The position numbers and the translations under genes were made by a program. A stretch of DNA of 64,000 nt. Origin: Eledone cirrhosa (Eukaryota). The DNA is taken from assembly GCA_964016885.1 (NCBI GenBank), contig CAXHJY010001071.1:1-64000 (forward strand). Reading direction: 5' to 3'. Each line of letters begins with the position of its first letter. Positions within the stretch are counted from its first letter, which is position 1. Under the pieces are notes generated by a model. It made no database searches. It saw only the letters and a list, made by a program, of their open reading frames with translations, and was not told the origin of the DNA. This document shows positions 40,310 to 58,975 of this stretch, in pieces.

Positions 40310-42755
40310 GAGTTAAACAAGATTCAAATAGTACATCAAAGAATGAGTTTTACAGTAGATTGGAAGCACTCTACAGTTAAAAATATTTTCCAGAGTTATT
40401 AATATTAAAATACAAATATTAATAAAATAGATGTTCTTTTGATCAATAAAATGTTATTATACATATTTCAGAGGTACAACAGTACGTCCTCATCAGACAA
40501 AATATAATGATACATGACATACCCTGAGATGTTAAATGGTTAAGATTTAATCAAGGTAGTGATTAAGTTATGAGAAAATTCAACCTTTATACCCTAATAA
40601 TGAGAAAATGCGAAAACGTAATAGAATCAATAGAGAAGGTATGAGTAAAAAAACGTTGCTTTAATATAACAGTTATAGAGACTTTAGAATGTGGGATACT
40701 ATTAATTCGGATTATAGAGGAAGTCGTGTCTGGAGTTATTATTTTATTACAGCTTATGAAAGCTACCGATAGATAATTAAAGAGAGGGAGAGATAAAGGA
40801 GATTAATTTGTGCCAAAAAATGTTTTCCACATATGGACTGAGCGGTTAAATTTCAAAATATTTAATTTATTTTATTTTAGGGTGAAGAATCAAAATTTTA
40901 GGTTTAAAAATTGATGGTTATATATATTAATTTTATTACTTTTTATTTTTGTTTTATTTTTAAGTGTTGCATTTCTAAAATTCTGAATTTTAATGAAACA
41001 AAATTTTAAAGGATTTACTAGGCCCGCGAAAGAAAAATATACAGTGTTGAATATTCCCCATATGTAATCACTAACAAAATTACCTATAACAGTGTCCAAA
41101 TTTTTGGTATGTTACAAATATCGAAGAATTTATTGTCAAGTAGATACATTGTCAAAATATAATGATTAACGCACAGTTTTCAGCTATATATATATATACA
41201 CGCACACACAAACACATGTATATATATATACATGTGTTTGTGTGTGTGTGTGTGTGTGTGTGCAGTTATCGTAATAAATTAATATTTATTATATTATATT
41301 CCTATATTAGTTCTACGTTTAAGGGAAGAATGAACTCTAAATAATGATTATGTTATTGTACAATATATATATATTTGCACAAATTATATATAGCGTTATA
41401 CCGAAACAACAATTATGATTAAGTTATAAATATAGATGCAAACAAATCTAAATGTAGAGATATACGTAACTAATATTATGATTATGTTATTATACAATAT
41501 AAACATATTTGCAAAAAATTAGGTATAGAGAGATATACTAAGTATTAATGAGACAGTATACTTTTGGTAAATGATAACGATTATAATCTTAGATAATAGA
41601 TTGAAATATGTATAAGTTAGATAGATACATATATATAAAAGAGTGTAAACGCATGAATGATTCACAGTTCAAAATAAGGTCAGTAAAAATGTACAGGCTG
41701 GATGTTTGAACTATATTTAAAACATAGATAGAAAAATAAATATAGATAAATAATTCTATGGATCAAAGTTAATAATATTCTAAGAACTATATGTTATGTA
41801 TATCAACGTGCCAGCATGTTATTGAACAAGTGTCATTCATTGAAACGTTATTTCCTTTATAGATGGTTATAAGATAAAGCAATATTAAAGGCCATTAAGT
41901 GTTATAACTATTGATTATGTACGTCTAAAAGCCAAGTTTGGTTGCTTATTGTTTTTTTCCTGGTCTTATTGGAGGCTTGAAATGTAGACAAGGCTTTATG
42001 AAGGCAGTTAGAGAATAATTCACTTTTTTGTTAATTAAGGTCTCATAATTATTAATAATCAAAAGGGTCCCCATTGTACAAAGCGCGCAGTTACTTGATA
42101 TACTTGAGTTGCGGTAAACACCAGTATTACGAAGTTTCGTCCAAAAAATGGAGTATTTTATATTCTTCTCTTTTTAATGACCATATAAGCTGTGATAAAG
42201 AAGTGGATGATTTCCTCTTGGAGTTCGGAAATGAACATTTATGATTCGCAAATCTAACTTTAAATGTAGAAGAAGTCGATCCTATGTAGTTGTATGTCTT
42301 GTAACCAGTTTTTACAGTGCATTTATACACCAAATTACTATCCAAACAATTATTTTGCAGAGGGCAGTCAATTTTATTTCTACAATACAATTTGGTTTAT
42401 TAACATTTATGTTAACACTATTATTAAGATCATTATGCTGATTCTGCTTTAGAATTTTACTGTTTAATTTAGCAATGTTTTGGGCTATATTCATAGTCGT
42501 AGAATAAGATAATTTAATAGTGTGTCTATTAAAAATGGAATGGTATTTATGTTGAGTAGGGAAAGAGGTGTCCAAAGCATTAAAGAATATTTATAAAGAA
42601 TTCTTCGATGTTTGTAAGATAAGTACTTCTTAAACTTTACATACCGAAAATGTTGACACTGTTATAGGTAATTTTGTTAGTGATTACATTTGGGTAATAT
42701 TCAACACTGCATATTTTTCTTTCGCGGGCCTAGTAAATCCTTTAAAATTTTGTTT
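40305..42755 (-). mobile_element. 5'-truncated, frameshifted PLE (WFNPP/Hydra-like type) with long 3' UTR and 5' inversion
   Basis: IFNRHTIKLSYS (42312-42575) and CPLQNNC..NLVYKC..YIGST..FKVRFANH (42127-42390). ~42650-42755 is an inverted copy of ~40997-41097. Degenerate HHR at 40460-40500. Confidence 0.8.
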
Positions 42756-42759
42756 TCAT

Positions 42760-43370
<611 letters not shown>

Positions 43371-43377
43371 GTATATA

Positions 43378-43449
<72 letters not shown>

Positions 43450-43472
43450 CAATATTAGTATTATTGGGGCAG

Positions 43473-43582
43473 CCACTGATGAATTATAGGAGCCCACTTG
43501 ATGGTATACAAGCTCCTACATAAATTGGTATAATTTCACCCAAATTGTAGGAATCCTATAATGAAACGAGACGTCCGTCTGG
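43473..43582 (+). ncRNA. Type I HHR, canonical core, 80-nt branched stem II
   Basis: CCA-CTGATGA-ATTATAGGA...TCCTATAAT-GAA-ACGaGACGTCCGT-C-TGG. Confidence 0.82.
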
Positions 43583-44156
43583 GAAGAGATATATTAGATA
43601 TGTCTCATTTGAAATAATACAGCCAATTTTCCACGCAATACTTTTAGTTAGCACCCCGAACACATAATTGGGAATATAATCACTTATTTCCTAATGTTTG
43701 TTGAGTGAGTTGGAATTTGGCCGGAGTATCGCTAAAAAGCTTTCTCCGATATTGTATTTATTTACTTACTCTTGGCGCAGCAGATTTGAAAAAAATTCCC
43801 GGTATAAGGTTAGCATTTCTTTGTTTATTTTTTATATATGAATATTGATTGTTCCTTATATCTCATTCTGTTATTTTGCCCGAGAAAATATCTGTGTGTG
43901 TCATCACACACATGGATATTTTTTCAATTTCCAATTGAGTTCATAGCACGTGGCCTGAATTCCTTTCAGAGTTCATTGTCACGCGCATGTATTGTTTTTT
44001 TTTGGCGGTAATTCACTTCCTCATTTTTTGAATCAGTTCGAGCACTTCTTTCAGAACTGCCGGACTGGCAACCTGACAGATACCTCAGGCACAGAAAGTG
44101 ATTATCGCTAAATGCTGATGTTGGTTAGATTATCAATATTAGTATTATTGGGGCAG

Positions 44157-44266
44157 CCACTGATGAATTATAGGAGCCCACTTGATGGTATACAAGCTCC
44201 TACATAAATTGGTATAATTTCACCCAAATTGTAGGAATCCTATAATGAAACGAGACGTCCGTCTGG
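44157..44266 (+). ncRNA. Type I HHR (second copy of 43473-43582)
   Basis: Same sequence by eye. Confidence 0.82.
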
Positions 44267-44446
44267 GAAGAGATATATTAGATAGGTCTCCTTTGAAATA
44301 ATACAGCCAATTTTCCACGCAATACTTTTAGTTAGCACCCCGAACACATAATTGGGAAAATAATCACTTATTTCCTAATGTTTGTTGAGTGAGTTGGAAT
44401 TTAGCCGGAGTATCGCTAAAAAGCTTTCTCCGATATTGTTTTTATT

Positions 44447-44501
<55 letters not shown>

Positions 44502-44578
44502 AATATATAATTAAGCATAAAGTGTATTGCAAAATACACTATATATACATAAATATATATACATATATTTGTATATAT

Positions 44579-44618
<40 letters not shown>

Positions 44619-45130
44619 TGGTAAACGGAATAGAAAATGCTGACAAATTGTTCACAGTTGAAAAATGGTTTAATTAGGAATAAAACAGTATTAGTGATTG
44701 TATGGGTTAGTATTCAGTTGTGGTTTTAAGTTTTTAAGTTTTTACCGGTTGCGCATTTCTAAATGCTTTTCAAAAATAATTTTGAGATAGAGTGTCCGTG
44801 CTGTTTGCTCTGATCTGATTAGTTTTAGGAATTCTACCTGTTTTTATGTTAAAAAAGTGGCTCCAGCGTTACTTTGGTGTTGCAAAATTTCTTGTGGTCA
44901 AAACAATTTTGATTGGTTGGTAGAGGTCATGTGAGTGTAAAAAATTGATTTTGCGCCAAGACTATTTTTATGTTAAAAAAGTGGCTCCAGCAACAATTCT
45001 TGTGGTCAAAACAATTTTGACTGGTCGGTAGAGGTCATGTGAATAAAAAATTGGTTTTGCGCCAAGATTGAGAAATGACTCTTTCACAACAAATATGTGT
45101 GTGTGTGTGTGTGTGTCTGTGTGTGTGTGT

Positions 45131-45162
<32 letters not shown>

Positions 45163-45239
45163 AGTAGTAGTAGTAGTAGTAAGGTGTTCGATGTTGTGAT
45201 AATGGTTAGCACCGATGTGTGTCAAATGGCTATTGAGAT

Positions 45240-45314
<75 letters not shown>

Positions 45315-45848
45315 GCAGAGTAATTCGTGGTGGCAGGGATGGTCAGTAAGAATGTGTCTGAAAGCAATGGGGGGTATTTTAGCATGTCAAAAGATATTTT
45401 TCAGCTTTTGTCTTATACGGAGAAGTGCGTATGTGTGTGTGTGTGTATATAAGTCTCTTTGTATGTTGATGTACGCGTGTGTATGTGTGTGTGTATATAT
45501 ATATGTGTGTGTGTGTGTGTTTGGACCAGTATTTTTTCCCCGTAGTAAAATGGTGTACATTATTCGATTTTTTCAGTAAAATCGGTTCTCTTAATAGAGC
45601 ATCAAAAATCTTAACAATAAAAGGTGTGAAATGATATTCACTATATATATATACACACATACATATATTCCCTATATACATATATATATATACATATATA
45701 CATATATATACACATATATATGCACATATATTTTTTTGTGTTGCAACAAAGAGCATGTGTGTTTACGTATGTCATTGTGTTTATATGTGGGTAGAGATGT
45801 GTGCTGATGTAGGTATGTATGTTGACGTGTGTATGTTGTGGGTTCGTC

Positions 45849-48169
45849 TTAGGGAGAAGTGTTTAGACGGGGTCCGTATTTGTTAATGAAGTAAGATTCC
45901 TTGCTGATGCGCTGGGTGTGGGTGGCATTATCTTTAAATTTGTAGAGGGGAAAGATTCTGAAGTTGGGATGATTTGGGGCGGCACAGATATCAATGTGTT
46001 CACTCAGTGGTATTTTCCTGTATTCCCGTATTTTAATTTGGGATCTATGGACAGTCATGCGTTGGCGGAGGCTGTATTTGGTCTGGCCTATGTATTGTTC
46101 TCGACAACCTGAACAAGTTAATACATATATTAGATTTTCCGATGCACATGTGAAATTGTGTTTTACTATAAAACGTTGTCCATCTTTGAAATAGAATTCC
46201 GAACCCTCTATTAGGTTGATGCAAATGCCACAGTTGGGTCTATCGCATTTTTTTACTTGGGGTTTCGTTGTTGTGGTTGGCAGTGCATTGGCATGTGTTA
46301 AGATGTTTTTCATTGACTTGGATTGTCTTTTGCTCTTTATGATATCGTGTGTTCGCAGAATTTGGTTCATTCTATGGTCCTTTTTCAATACAGGGATGTT
46401 CTGGAGGATGGTGTCAAAGGCCTCATTGTTGAGGGGGTTGTGTGTGCAGATGTATGGAAGAGCTTTTAGTTTTGGTTGATTTAGTTTAGGGTGTCTAAGG
46501 TCCTGGGTACTGAGTTTTAGGGCACGTTGTATTCCATTGTCAATTAGGGATGCAGGGTAGTCCCTGCCTATGAGTGTGTCCTTTAGTTCTTGTAGCCGTA
46601 AGTAGCAGATGTTTTTATTGGAGACTATAGTACAGATTCTCTTGGCTAAGTTGTAGGGAATATTAATTTTAACGTGTCTAGGGTGGCAAGAGTTGAAGGG
46701 AAGATATTGCTTGGAGTCTGTGGGCTTGTAGTATATGTCTGTTTCTATTTTTTTGTTATGGATCTTAATGAGGATGTCGAGGAAGGGGAGTTGTTGATGG
46801 CTGTATTCTATCGTGAAGTTAATATTTGTGTTGAGCCCATTTATAAGGGTGTGAAATTCTTTAAGTTTTTCGATGTTTTCGTGCCAAAGGATGAAGCAGT
46901 CATCTAGATATCGCTTCCAGTTCCTTTCAATGTGTAAGTGGAGGGTGTTTCCAAATTTGTTTAGGACTTTAGTGTAGAAGGTGATTTCCAGGTATCCCAT
47001 GACTAGGTTGGCATAAGTGGGGGCTGTTTTCTTTCCCATAGCGGTCCCAGATTTCTGCCTGTAGGGTTTGTTATTGAAAACGAAGTAATTTTTCTCCAAG
47101 ATAAATTTGAGTCCCTCTATCACGAATTATTTTTTGATGCGTTGTGGGAGTTCATTGTGGAAATTATCCAGCCAGAATTGGATAGCTTCTATTCCTAGGT
47201 TGTGGGGGATGTTGGAGTATAGGTTGACTACATCGAACGTCACTAGTAGGGTCTGTTCAGGAAGTGGCATATTAGGGAGGTGATTGAGCATATCTAGGTC
47301 GTCCCTTATATAGCTTTTGATGTGCTTGAGGAAGGGTTTGAGAAGGGTATCAATGAAGTTGCCAGGACGGTGCGTTTTGCAAGCGGGGCCTGCTATTATA
47401 GGTCTTAATTTGAGATCATTGGGTGAGGGGACATTGATGACTATGTCTGTGGCTTCCTAGCATGCCTTACTTATTGATTCGCTTTTATGTACTTTAGGGA
47501 TACCGTAGAAAAGGCTGGATTCACTTGTGAAGTCTGTGATGAAGCTGAATTCCTTGTTAGTGAGTCCTTCTTTGTATTGGTTGATTAGAGTTTTTAGGTT
47601 TCTCATAATTTTCTGTTGATTGTAGTGTTCAGCCTTTTCGTAGTATGTTTCGTTTTCCAAAGTGCAGAGCGCTAAGTTGATATAGAATTCTGTCTCCATT
47701 AGGACTACTGTACTCCCTTTATCAGCCTCTTTAATTGTAATGGTTCTGTCGGTTTTTAATCTATTTAATTCTTCCCATTCTTTCTTGTTGAGGTTTGGCT
47801 TGTGTTTTTGTCTGTGCAAGTGTTGGTAAGGGAAGTTTGTGATGTATTCACAGAATTCGTCCAGGATTTTATTTCTACCTTTTGAAGGGGTGTAATTGCT
47901 TCTATTTCTGGCTAATGATTCATCCTCATTGTACTGGTCGAATAGTTGTTCACTAAGTCGTAACTTTCTACAGAAGTCTGTGATGTCTTCCTTCATTTCA
48001 TAGTAGTTAGGACGTAGTGGGGTCGGTGTGAATTTAAGACCTTTGCAGAGTAAGTTGATAAGGTTGGGTGTTGGTTCTGCACTAGTAAGATTGATAATTT
48101 TTATTACTATCGGTTTCTCCTCCCTGTCTTGTGTTATTTTGTTTGCCTGTATCTGTGTGCTGTGCCTAA
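45849..48169 (-). pseudogene. PLE ORF2 RT + GIY-YIG, copy 2 (shared TAG 47457-47459, private TAA 47127-47129)
   Basis: Same motifs as copy 1. Confidence 0.92.
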
Positions 48170-49443
48170 AAAATGGTTGGGGTAGAGGGGTTGTCTGCTG
48201 ATGTTAAGTGGTCTCCTGTGTTTGTTATATTCCTTGTTGTTGTAAAATGTGGTTCGGGTTGGTGGTTGTAGATTGAATGGGGTGTTCCTGTACTGCGAGT
48301 ATGGGTGTGTGTTTCTATGTGCCATGTTGTATTGTGGTGTTATAAGTGGCCTACGTTGTTGGTTGTATCGTGTGGTGTGGGTTTGTTGTGTATTGTGGAA
48401 GCGAGAGTTGAGAAATTGGTAATTACCTTGCTGTCCCCTTGAAGCGGGGAAGTTGTTACATCTATCATGGCGGTGGTATCTTTTCCCTATGTTTGACGAT
48501 GAGGCATCCGCGTAGTAGTTGAGTGATTTGGTATGGTGTCTCCTTGAAGGGGGAAAGTTGTAAATGTCATTCTGGGGGAGATGAATTCTTGAGTTTTTGT
48601 TCCTTCTTATAGTAGCGAGGTTGGGAAGTTCATCTTCGGTGTGGTGCTTCCTTCTTCGTTTGTTAGAGGCTTGGGGGTTTGAGAAGTTGTTGTGCGGTTC
48701 AGTTATGGGTTTTCCTATTTTTATGACCGGGTTATTGGAGGTGTAATCCGTTTGAAAAGTCGATTCATAGTGTAGGAACCAAGCGGCACTTTTTCCCAGC
48801 GTTGAAGGGATTTCAGTTCTTCTCTGTTGCAGTCCCCTTTCAATAATTTGGAGATCTTCTCTACCTTGGGGCCTTCAGTTTTGTTGTTGATTTCCAGGAT
48901 GATCTCTTCATCGATGGTTTTGATTTTTTCCTCATTTGTTTGGGCCCTCAGTTTAAGAAGTTCAATTTCTGTCTTCATTTTTTCCAATACCATTCTTTCC
49001 CTAAGGTGTCTTTGAGGTTCGGGTTCATTTGTAATGGCCTTTATTTGTAGTTTACGGGGGAGAGTTAGAGGGGTTGAGTTAAGCCATTTTTCATATCTCT
49101 CTGCTTTGTTGTGATTTTGTATCATCTTCCAGAATGAGAACTTTCCGTCTCTGAGGGATTTGTTCCATTTTGGAATTGTTCGAATTTTCATTTTGTGTGA
49201 ATCAATCTCACATGGTTCTTCGTTGGTTTTTGCTGGGTTGGTAGTAGTGAACATAGTTAGGATAGTATCACAAAGGTTTTGGAGTTTGTCGCCGATTTCG
49301 GAGGGTTTGTATCCGGTGGCGGTTTCCGTATTTGTGGAGTCAAGTTTGTCGACCAGCAAAGATAGGTTGGTGTTGATTTTCTTGAGTTCCTGTAGGATCT
49401 CTTCATTTGAGTTGATGAGGGTTGTATCCGTTTTTGTTGGCAT
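48134..49443 (-). pseudogene. PLE ORF1, copy 2 (1-nt deletion near 48790)
   Basis: Homologous to 9855-11164; its frameshift is at a different site from that of copy 1. Confidence 0.75.
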
Positions 49444-49867
49444 TTTCTGTATCTCGTGTGAGGATATGATAGTTAAAAGAATAGAGGTGTAACACACAAG
49501 TTATTATATATTGGTAAACGGAATAGAAAATGCTGACAAATTGTTCACAGTTGAAAAATGGTTTAATTAGGAATAAAACAGTATTTGAGATTGTATGGGT
49601 TAGTATTCAGTTGTGGTTTTAAGTTTTTAAGTTTTTACCGGTTGCGCATTTCTAAATGCTTTTCAAAAATAATTTTGAGATAGAGTGTCCGTGCTGTTTG
49701 CTCTGATCTGATTAGTTTTGGGAATTCTACCTGTTTTTATGTTAAAAAAGTGGCTCCAGCAACAATTCTTGTGGTCAAAACAATTTTGATTGGTCGGTAG
49801 AGGTCAATTGAATAAAAAATTGGTTTTGCGCCAATATTGAGAAATGACTCTTTCACAACAAATATGT

Positions 49868-49915
<48 letters not shown>

Positions 49916-49917
49916 TT

Positions 49918-49954
<37 letters not shown>

Positions 49955-49981
49955 ATATATTTGTATATATATATATATATT

Positions 49982-50024
<43 letters not shown>

Positions 50025-50109
50025 ATATATATATTTATATATTTGTATATATATATATATATATATATGTACACAAATATATATATATATTTGTATATAT
50101 ATATATATT

Positions 50110-50159
<50 letters not shown>

Positions 50160-50162
<3 letters not shown>

Positions 50163-51590
50163 CGTTATACTTGGGGAGGGTCATATTTGTGTAATATTGC
50201 CGGATTTAATAACATATCACACTCACCGTTTGGTTGGACCCAACAGAAATAGAAAGACACATCCAACATTTCATCAACCGCATGTAACTCTCTGGCTACA
50301 ACCAAAGAGACAGAGTCAGAGTATACGAAGGCGCCATGGAGAAGTAAAGACCCTCATAGAACTGGACAGGAAAGGAATTTGCCCATTATACAGGAGCAAA
50401 TCACGGAATAGCTTAGATAGGGCTAGACATAAGATAGGGAAAGCCACCTCATGGCACGACAACCAGAGATACCAGAGTGTCATGCTTGTGGGCGCTACCC
50501 CTGTAGAGAAATTAACTAACCAGTGTAGAAAGGCCCTGAGAAAGACCCACTTAAATATTAAGGTGGTAGAAAAGCCAGGAACCACCATAAAATCTCTGAT
50601 CAGCAAAACCTACCCTTTAAAGAAAACCCACTGTACTAATAGGAAATCTATCATATGTAAGGTAAACCTCCGGATAAACTGTAAAACTAGAAACGTAGTC
50701 TATAGCATAAGATGTACAGAGGGTACTTGCAGAAAAATGACAACAACATACATAGGCGAGACAGCTCGTAGCATAGGTGAGAGGATAGACCAACAATGGG
50801 GAGAACTAAAAGGACGAAAAAACGGTTCAGTATTATACGAACATGCCCGACAACAACACGACGGTAACATAAACAACATAGAAATTAGAATAATATCTAA
50901 ACATAGAAATGACCCAGCAGATAGGCAAATCAGAGAGGCCAGTGAAATAGAACTTAGAAGGCCAAGACTAAACAGAAAGAATGAATGGAATAACAAAAAC
51001 ACCCAAACAAACAACACTGCCCTAAGAGAAGTATAAATAAATAAATAAATAGATAAATAAATAAATAAATACATACACAAGCACAATATCAACAAACGGA
51101 TATAAACACACACTAGTCACCCAATCACGAACACACATCAAACAAAACACTATTCACACACGCAAACGATTCGCAAAGAAGACAAAATAAAATAAACAAA
51201 CAAACAAATAAATAAATAAATATATAGACAGACTAAATAAAAATGGCGTAGACATACAATGTAACGGGAGGAAACAATAGCACCACTGACGATGTTGCAG
51301 ATGTGCAACGAAAGAACTTTGATAAACTATATATATGTGTTTGTGTCTATATTGCATCTGTATTATTTTTGACCGTCGGTCAGTCAATGGCAACATTGAG
51401 GACCGAATAAATTAGATTACCGATATAAAAGACACAGAAGCGAAAAGCGAAAACCAACCAAACACTGAGTGTGTTCTGTTATTAATTCTGGCAATATTAC
51501 ACAGATATGACACTCCCCAAGTATAACAATATTTGTTTCGACACACGATTTCATATAAAAAACCTCGCAAAACTAATTCATCGCCGTTAT
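50160..51590 (+). mobile_element. 5'-truncated PLE (GIY-YIG to 51036) with inverted pLTR at its 5' end and HHR-like core 51283-51322
   Basis: NCKTRNVVYSIRCTEGTC..YIGETARS..RQIREA. 50160-50238 is an inverted copy of ~51455-51535. Confidence 0.88.
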
Positions 51591-51959
51591 ATATATATAT
51601 ATATTTATAAATATATATATATATATGGTGGCTGCCAACTCGTTTAGGAGTACGGCCACTACTCTATATCCATGTAGGCGAACACCTACCGACGCCCTGA
51701 ACGAGTGTGACTTTGTAGTCCAGCTAGTGACTTGAAAACTCTGGTACAAACACTACACTTGTGACAATTATAGGCACATAGTGCTGGGCCCATGGTACCA
51801 TGTGAAGACTAGTGCAGAGAGATTTCCAGATATAAAGCAATGCCTGTGCCGTGAAGCTTTTATAGTGAGCAAAGGCACTGCACAAAGCCAGTCCCACTCT
51901 CTTAACCAAGATGATATTTACCAAAAAGTAGAACAAATCATCATCATCGGATATCATCA

Positions 51960-52235
51960 GAGTTGCAGGAGTTATATCAGAGTTTTCCTTCTCCTAGAAT
52001 TCTGCCTTGACAAAGGCTAAGGGGTCATCTCTCCCGGTGATTTTTGAATGGCCATTGACTCTTAAGAGCTCCTTTGCCCTTTGACAGGTTTTGTTTTTAG
52101 TCCTGCAATATGTCCAAAGTCACCCTCCTAACCAAGAAACCTTGGTGGGGTTGCTAGTTTAGTCGCCAACGACCCAACCATGAGACAGGTTGTACTGGGA
52201 TACATGTTAACAGTAGCACCAACTGGCGACCTGAC
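51960..52235 (-). mobile_element. Possible RTE-type LINE 5' UTR fragment
   Basis: gttttccttctcctag...gcctt..caaaggcta resembles RTE 5' UTRs from memory; no ORF support. Confidence 0.3.
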
Positions 52236-52398
52236 ATATATATATAAACAAATATATATATATATATATATATTTGTATATATATATATATATTTGTATA
52301 TTTATATATATTTGTATATATATATATATATATATTTGTATATATATATATATATATATTTGTATATATATATATATATTTGTATATATATATATATT

Positions 52399-52432
<34 letters not shown>

Positions 52433-52451
52433 AATATATATATATATATAC

Positions 52452-52795
52452 ATTAGAAAGTTAGGTTTTTTTTACAAAATGAAAAATAACCGAGATGTCC
52501 TACACGAGTGAAAGTATAAAGAAAAAGAGATGAAATCGAAAATGCAACTGGAGTCTTATTTTTTTTTAAAATATATATATTTATTTGGTTCCTTTATCGG
52601 TGGTTTCGCAGTACTTTTGCTTTTCAAAAGGTGAGTTGAGATGTAGGGTCTGTAAAAACCAAAGACCCTCCATCTCAACTCACCCTGTGAAAAGCAGAAG
52701 AACTGCGAAACCGGTAAAGGAACCAAATAAATATATATATTAAAAAAAAAATAAGACTCCAATTGCATTTTCGATTTCATCTCTTTTTCTTTATA
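52452..52795. mobile_element. Palindromic PLE terminus with HHR motifs
   Basis: ~135-bp arms 52515-52651 / 52663-52795 plus a tail; same family as 63478-63682. Confidence 0.82.
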
Positions 52796-52891
52796 TTACT
52801 CTTTTACCTGTTTCAGCCATACGGCTGAGGCCATGCTGGGGCATATTTGTATATATATATATATTTGTATATATATATATATATATATTTG

Positions 52892-53003
<112 letters not shown>

Positions 53004-53057
53004 TATATTTGTATATATATATATTCATATATATATATATATGAATATATATATACA

Positions 53058-53123
<66 letters not shown>

Positions 53124-53184
53124 TATATATAAGTATATATATATATAAATATATAAATAAATATATATATAAATATATAAATAT

Positions 53185-53221
<37 letters not shown>

Positions 53222-53366
53222 AACATATTAAAAAATATATATATATATAAGTATATATATATAAATATATTTTTAAAAAATATATATATATAAGTATATG
53301 TATATAAATACATAAAAATATATATATATATATATATATAAATATATATATACAGTATATATAAGC

Positions 53367-53403
<37 letters not shown>

Positions 53404-53423
53404 AATATACATATATATATAAG

Positions 53424-53455
<32 letters not shown>

Positions 53456-53479
53456 AATATATATATACATAAATATAAA

Positions 53480-55807
<2,328 letters not shown>

Positions 55808-55837
55808 ATATAAGTATATTTATAAATATATATATAA

Positions 55838-56566
55838 GTTAACTATTTTCCCATTTTGACGCTATAGTCACTTATATATTATGGAATACTGTTGGCATAT
55901 TGCTACAATACTTTCTATACCTTTCATTTATATATTTATACTAGGATTTCTTTCCTAGAGTGCTTAAATTATTTGTGACTAATCCCGGTATTTAAAAGAA
56001 AAACCGCGCTAATATTGCTTTTTGCTGAACTCCTTATCGGAGAGTTTTTTCGGAATGTTTTTGACTATTGTTTCATGTAAACAAACATTCGTCTCATTCT
56101 GACGTCACCAGCCCTGTTTTTCCACATGTACGTTTTATTTTCATAATCAAGCATGATGTTAAACTAGCCTGCTTTTAAATTCCCTTTTTGGCATATTAAT
56201 CAGTGAGAATTTGGCTATCGTTTTGAGCTCTGCTGACGATCGAATTCCAACCGTGACCATCCCCACTGAAAATGTTCGTGAAATAATATTTTCAAGACTA
56301 TACAGAGCATTTGTAGTTGTTCCAAATTGAAGGATGAGTATTATAAACTTTATTTTATCATGAGTTAAGGCTCTATTGATTTTTCCCTGGATTTCGCTAT
56401 ATTCTGTTGGATTAATCTATATACTGATTCTTTTTTGAATTGAGTTTGAATTATTTTTCCCACATCTTACGTTAACTATTTTCCCATTTTGACGCTATAG
56501 TCACTTATATAATATGGAATACTGTTGGCTTCTTGCTACAATACTGTCTATACCTTTCATTTATAT
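55838..56566 (+). mobile_element. ORF-less unit with ~95-bp terminal direct repeats (period 633) and a degenerate HHR (56230-56296)
   Basis: gttaactattttcccattttgacgc... at 55838 and 56471; CTGACGA-tCGAAT...GTTCGt-GAAA-tAATATTt-TC. Confidence 0.65.
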
Positions 56567-57724
<1,158 letters not shown>

Positions 57725-57994
57725 ACTATGCATTCCACATTTACCATTATACACCCGTGGGCATACAAACTAACTCTATTTATTACTATATCAATTATAC
57801 TAGTCAATCAGACATTTCTTTCACGCCTTCCTTTCCACTGAAATTGATAATATTTCTACCATTTCAAACGATATGCTATCGGCATTACTATGTTGGTATA
57901 GAGACATTAAATTTTTTCATCTCCACAAAACCTAAAACTCTTATTTAAATGGGGAAAGACATTTAGTGCAATCAATTGATAGCAAATACTTCTG

Positions 57995-58975
57995 ATTGTT
58001 GTAGCTGTTGGTGCTGTTTCTGTTGTTGTTGCATCCGTTGTCGTCGCTGTTGTTGTTGTTGTTGTTGTTGTTGTTATATGTGTTGTTGTTACTGTTATGT
58101 TATTGCTGTTGCTGTTGTTGCTGTTATTGTTGGTGCTGTTTCTTTTGTTGTTACATCTGTTGTCGTCGCTGTTGTTGTTGTTGTTGTTGTTGTTATTATT
58201 TTTGTTGTTGTTACTGTTTCTGTTACTGTTTTTGCTGTTGTTGCTGTTATTGTTGGTGCTGTTACTCTTGTGTCTGTCGTTGCTGTTATTGTTACTGCTA
58301 TTGTTGTTGTAATTATTGTTCCTTCTATTTTAATTGCTATAGTTGTTGGTGTGGGATAATGTTGTTGTTGGAACTATAACTGTTGTTGCTGTTATTGTTG
58401 TTGTTATTGTTGTTGTTGTAACTGGTGTTGTTATTGTTGTTGTTGTTGTTATTGTTGTTGCTGTAACTGGTGTTGCTGTTATTGTTGTTGCTGTTATTGT
58501 TGTTGTTGTTATTGTTGTTGTTGTAACTGTTTTTGTTATTGTTGTTGTTATTTTTGGTGTTTTAACTTATGTTGCTGTTATTGTTACTGTTGTTGTTGCT
58601 GTTACTGGTGTTGCTGTTATTGTTGTTACTGCTATTGTTGTTGCTGCTATTGTTATTGTTATTTTTGGTGCTGTAACTTATGTTACTGTTATTGTTGTTG
58701 GTGTAACTGTTATTGTTGCTGTTGTAACTGTTGTTGCTCTTATTGTTGTTGCTGTAACCGTTTTTGGTGTTACTGTTGTTGTTGTTATTGTTGTTGCTGT
58801 AACTATGTTGTTGATGTTAATGTTGTTGATGTTACTATTGTTGTTGTTAATATTGTTGATGTTACTGTTGCTGTTATTGTTGTTGGTCTTAATATTGTTG
58901 GTGTTACTGTTGTTGGTCTTACTGTTGTTGTTATTGTTGTTGGTGCTTTTGATGCGGTTATTATTATTCATTATT
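57995..58975. repeat. Degenerate (GTT)n trinucleotide tract
   Basis: Gives poly-V, poly-L and poly-C in the three frames. Confidence 0.93.

Larger units (their letters stand above)
43445..44448 (+). mobile_element. ORF-less element: ~320-bp direct repeats (period 684 bp), each with an HHR
   Basis: 43445-43762 and 44129-44448 are near-identical, with a ~365-bp spacer; (TA)n flanks. Confidence 0.88.
44617..49913 (-). mobile_element. Near-full-length Penelope-like element (Naiad-like), copy 2
   Basis: Highly similar to copy 1 throughout. pLTRs ~44617-45545 and ~49471-49913; different flanks; in (TA)n. Confidence 0.93.
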
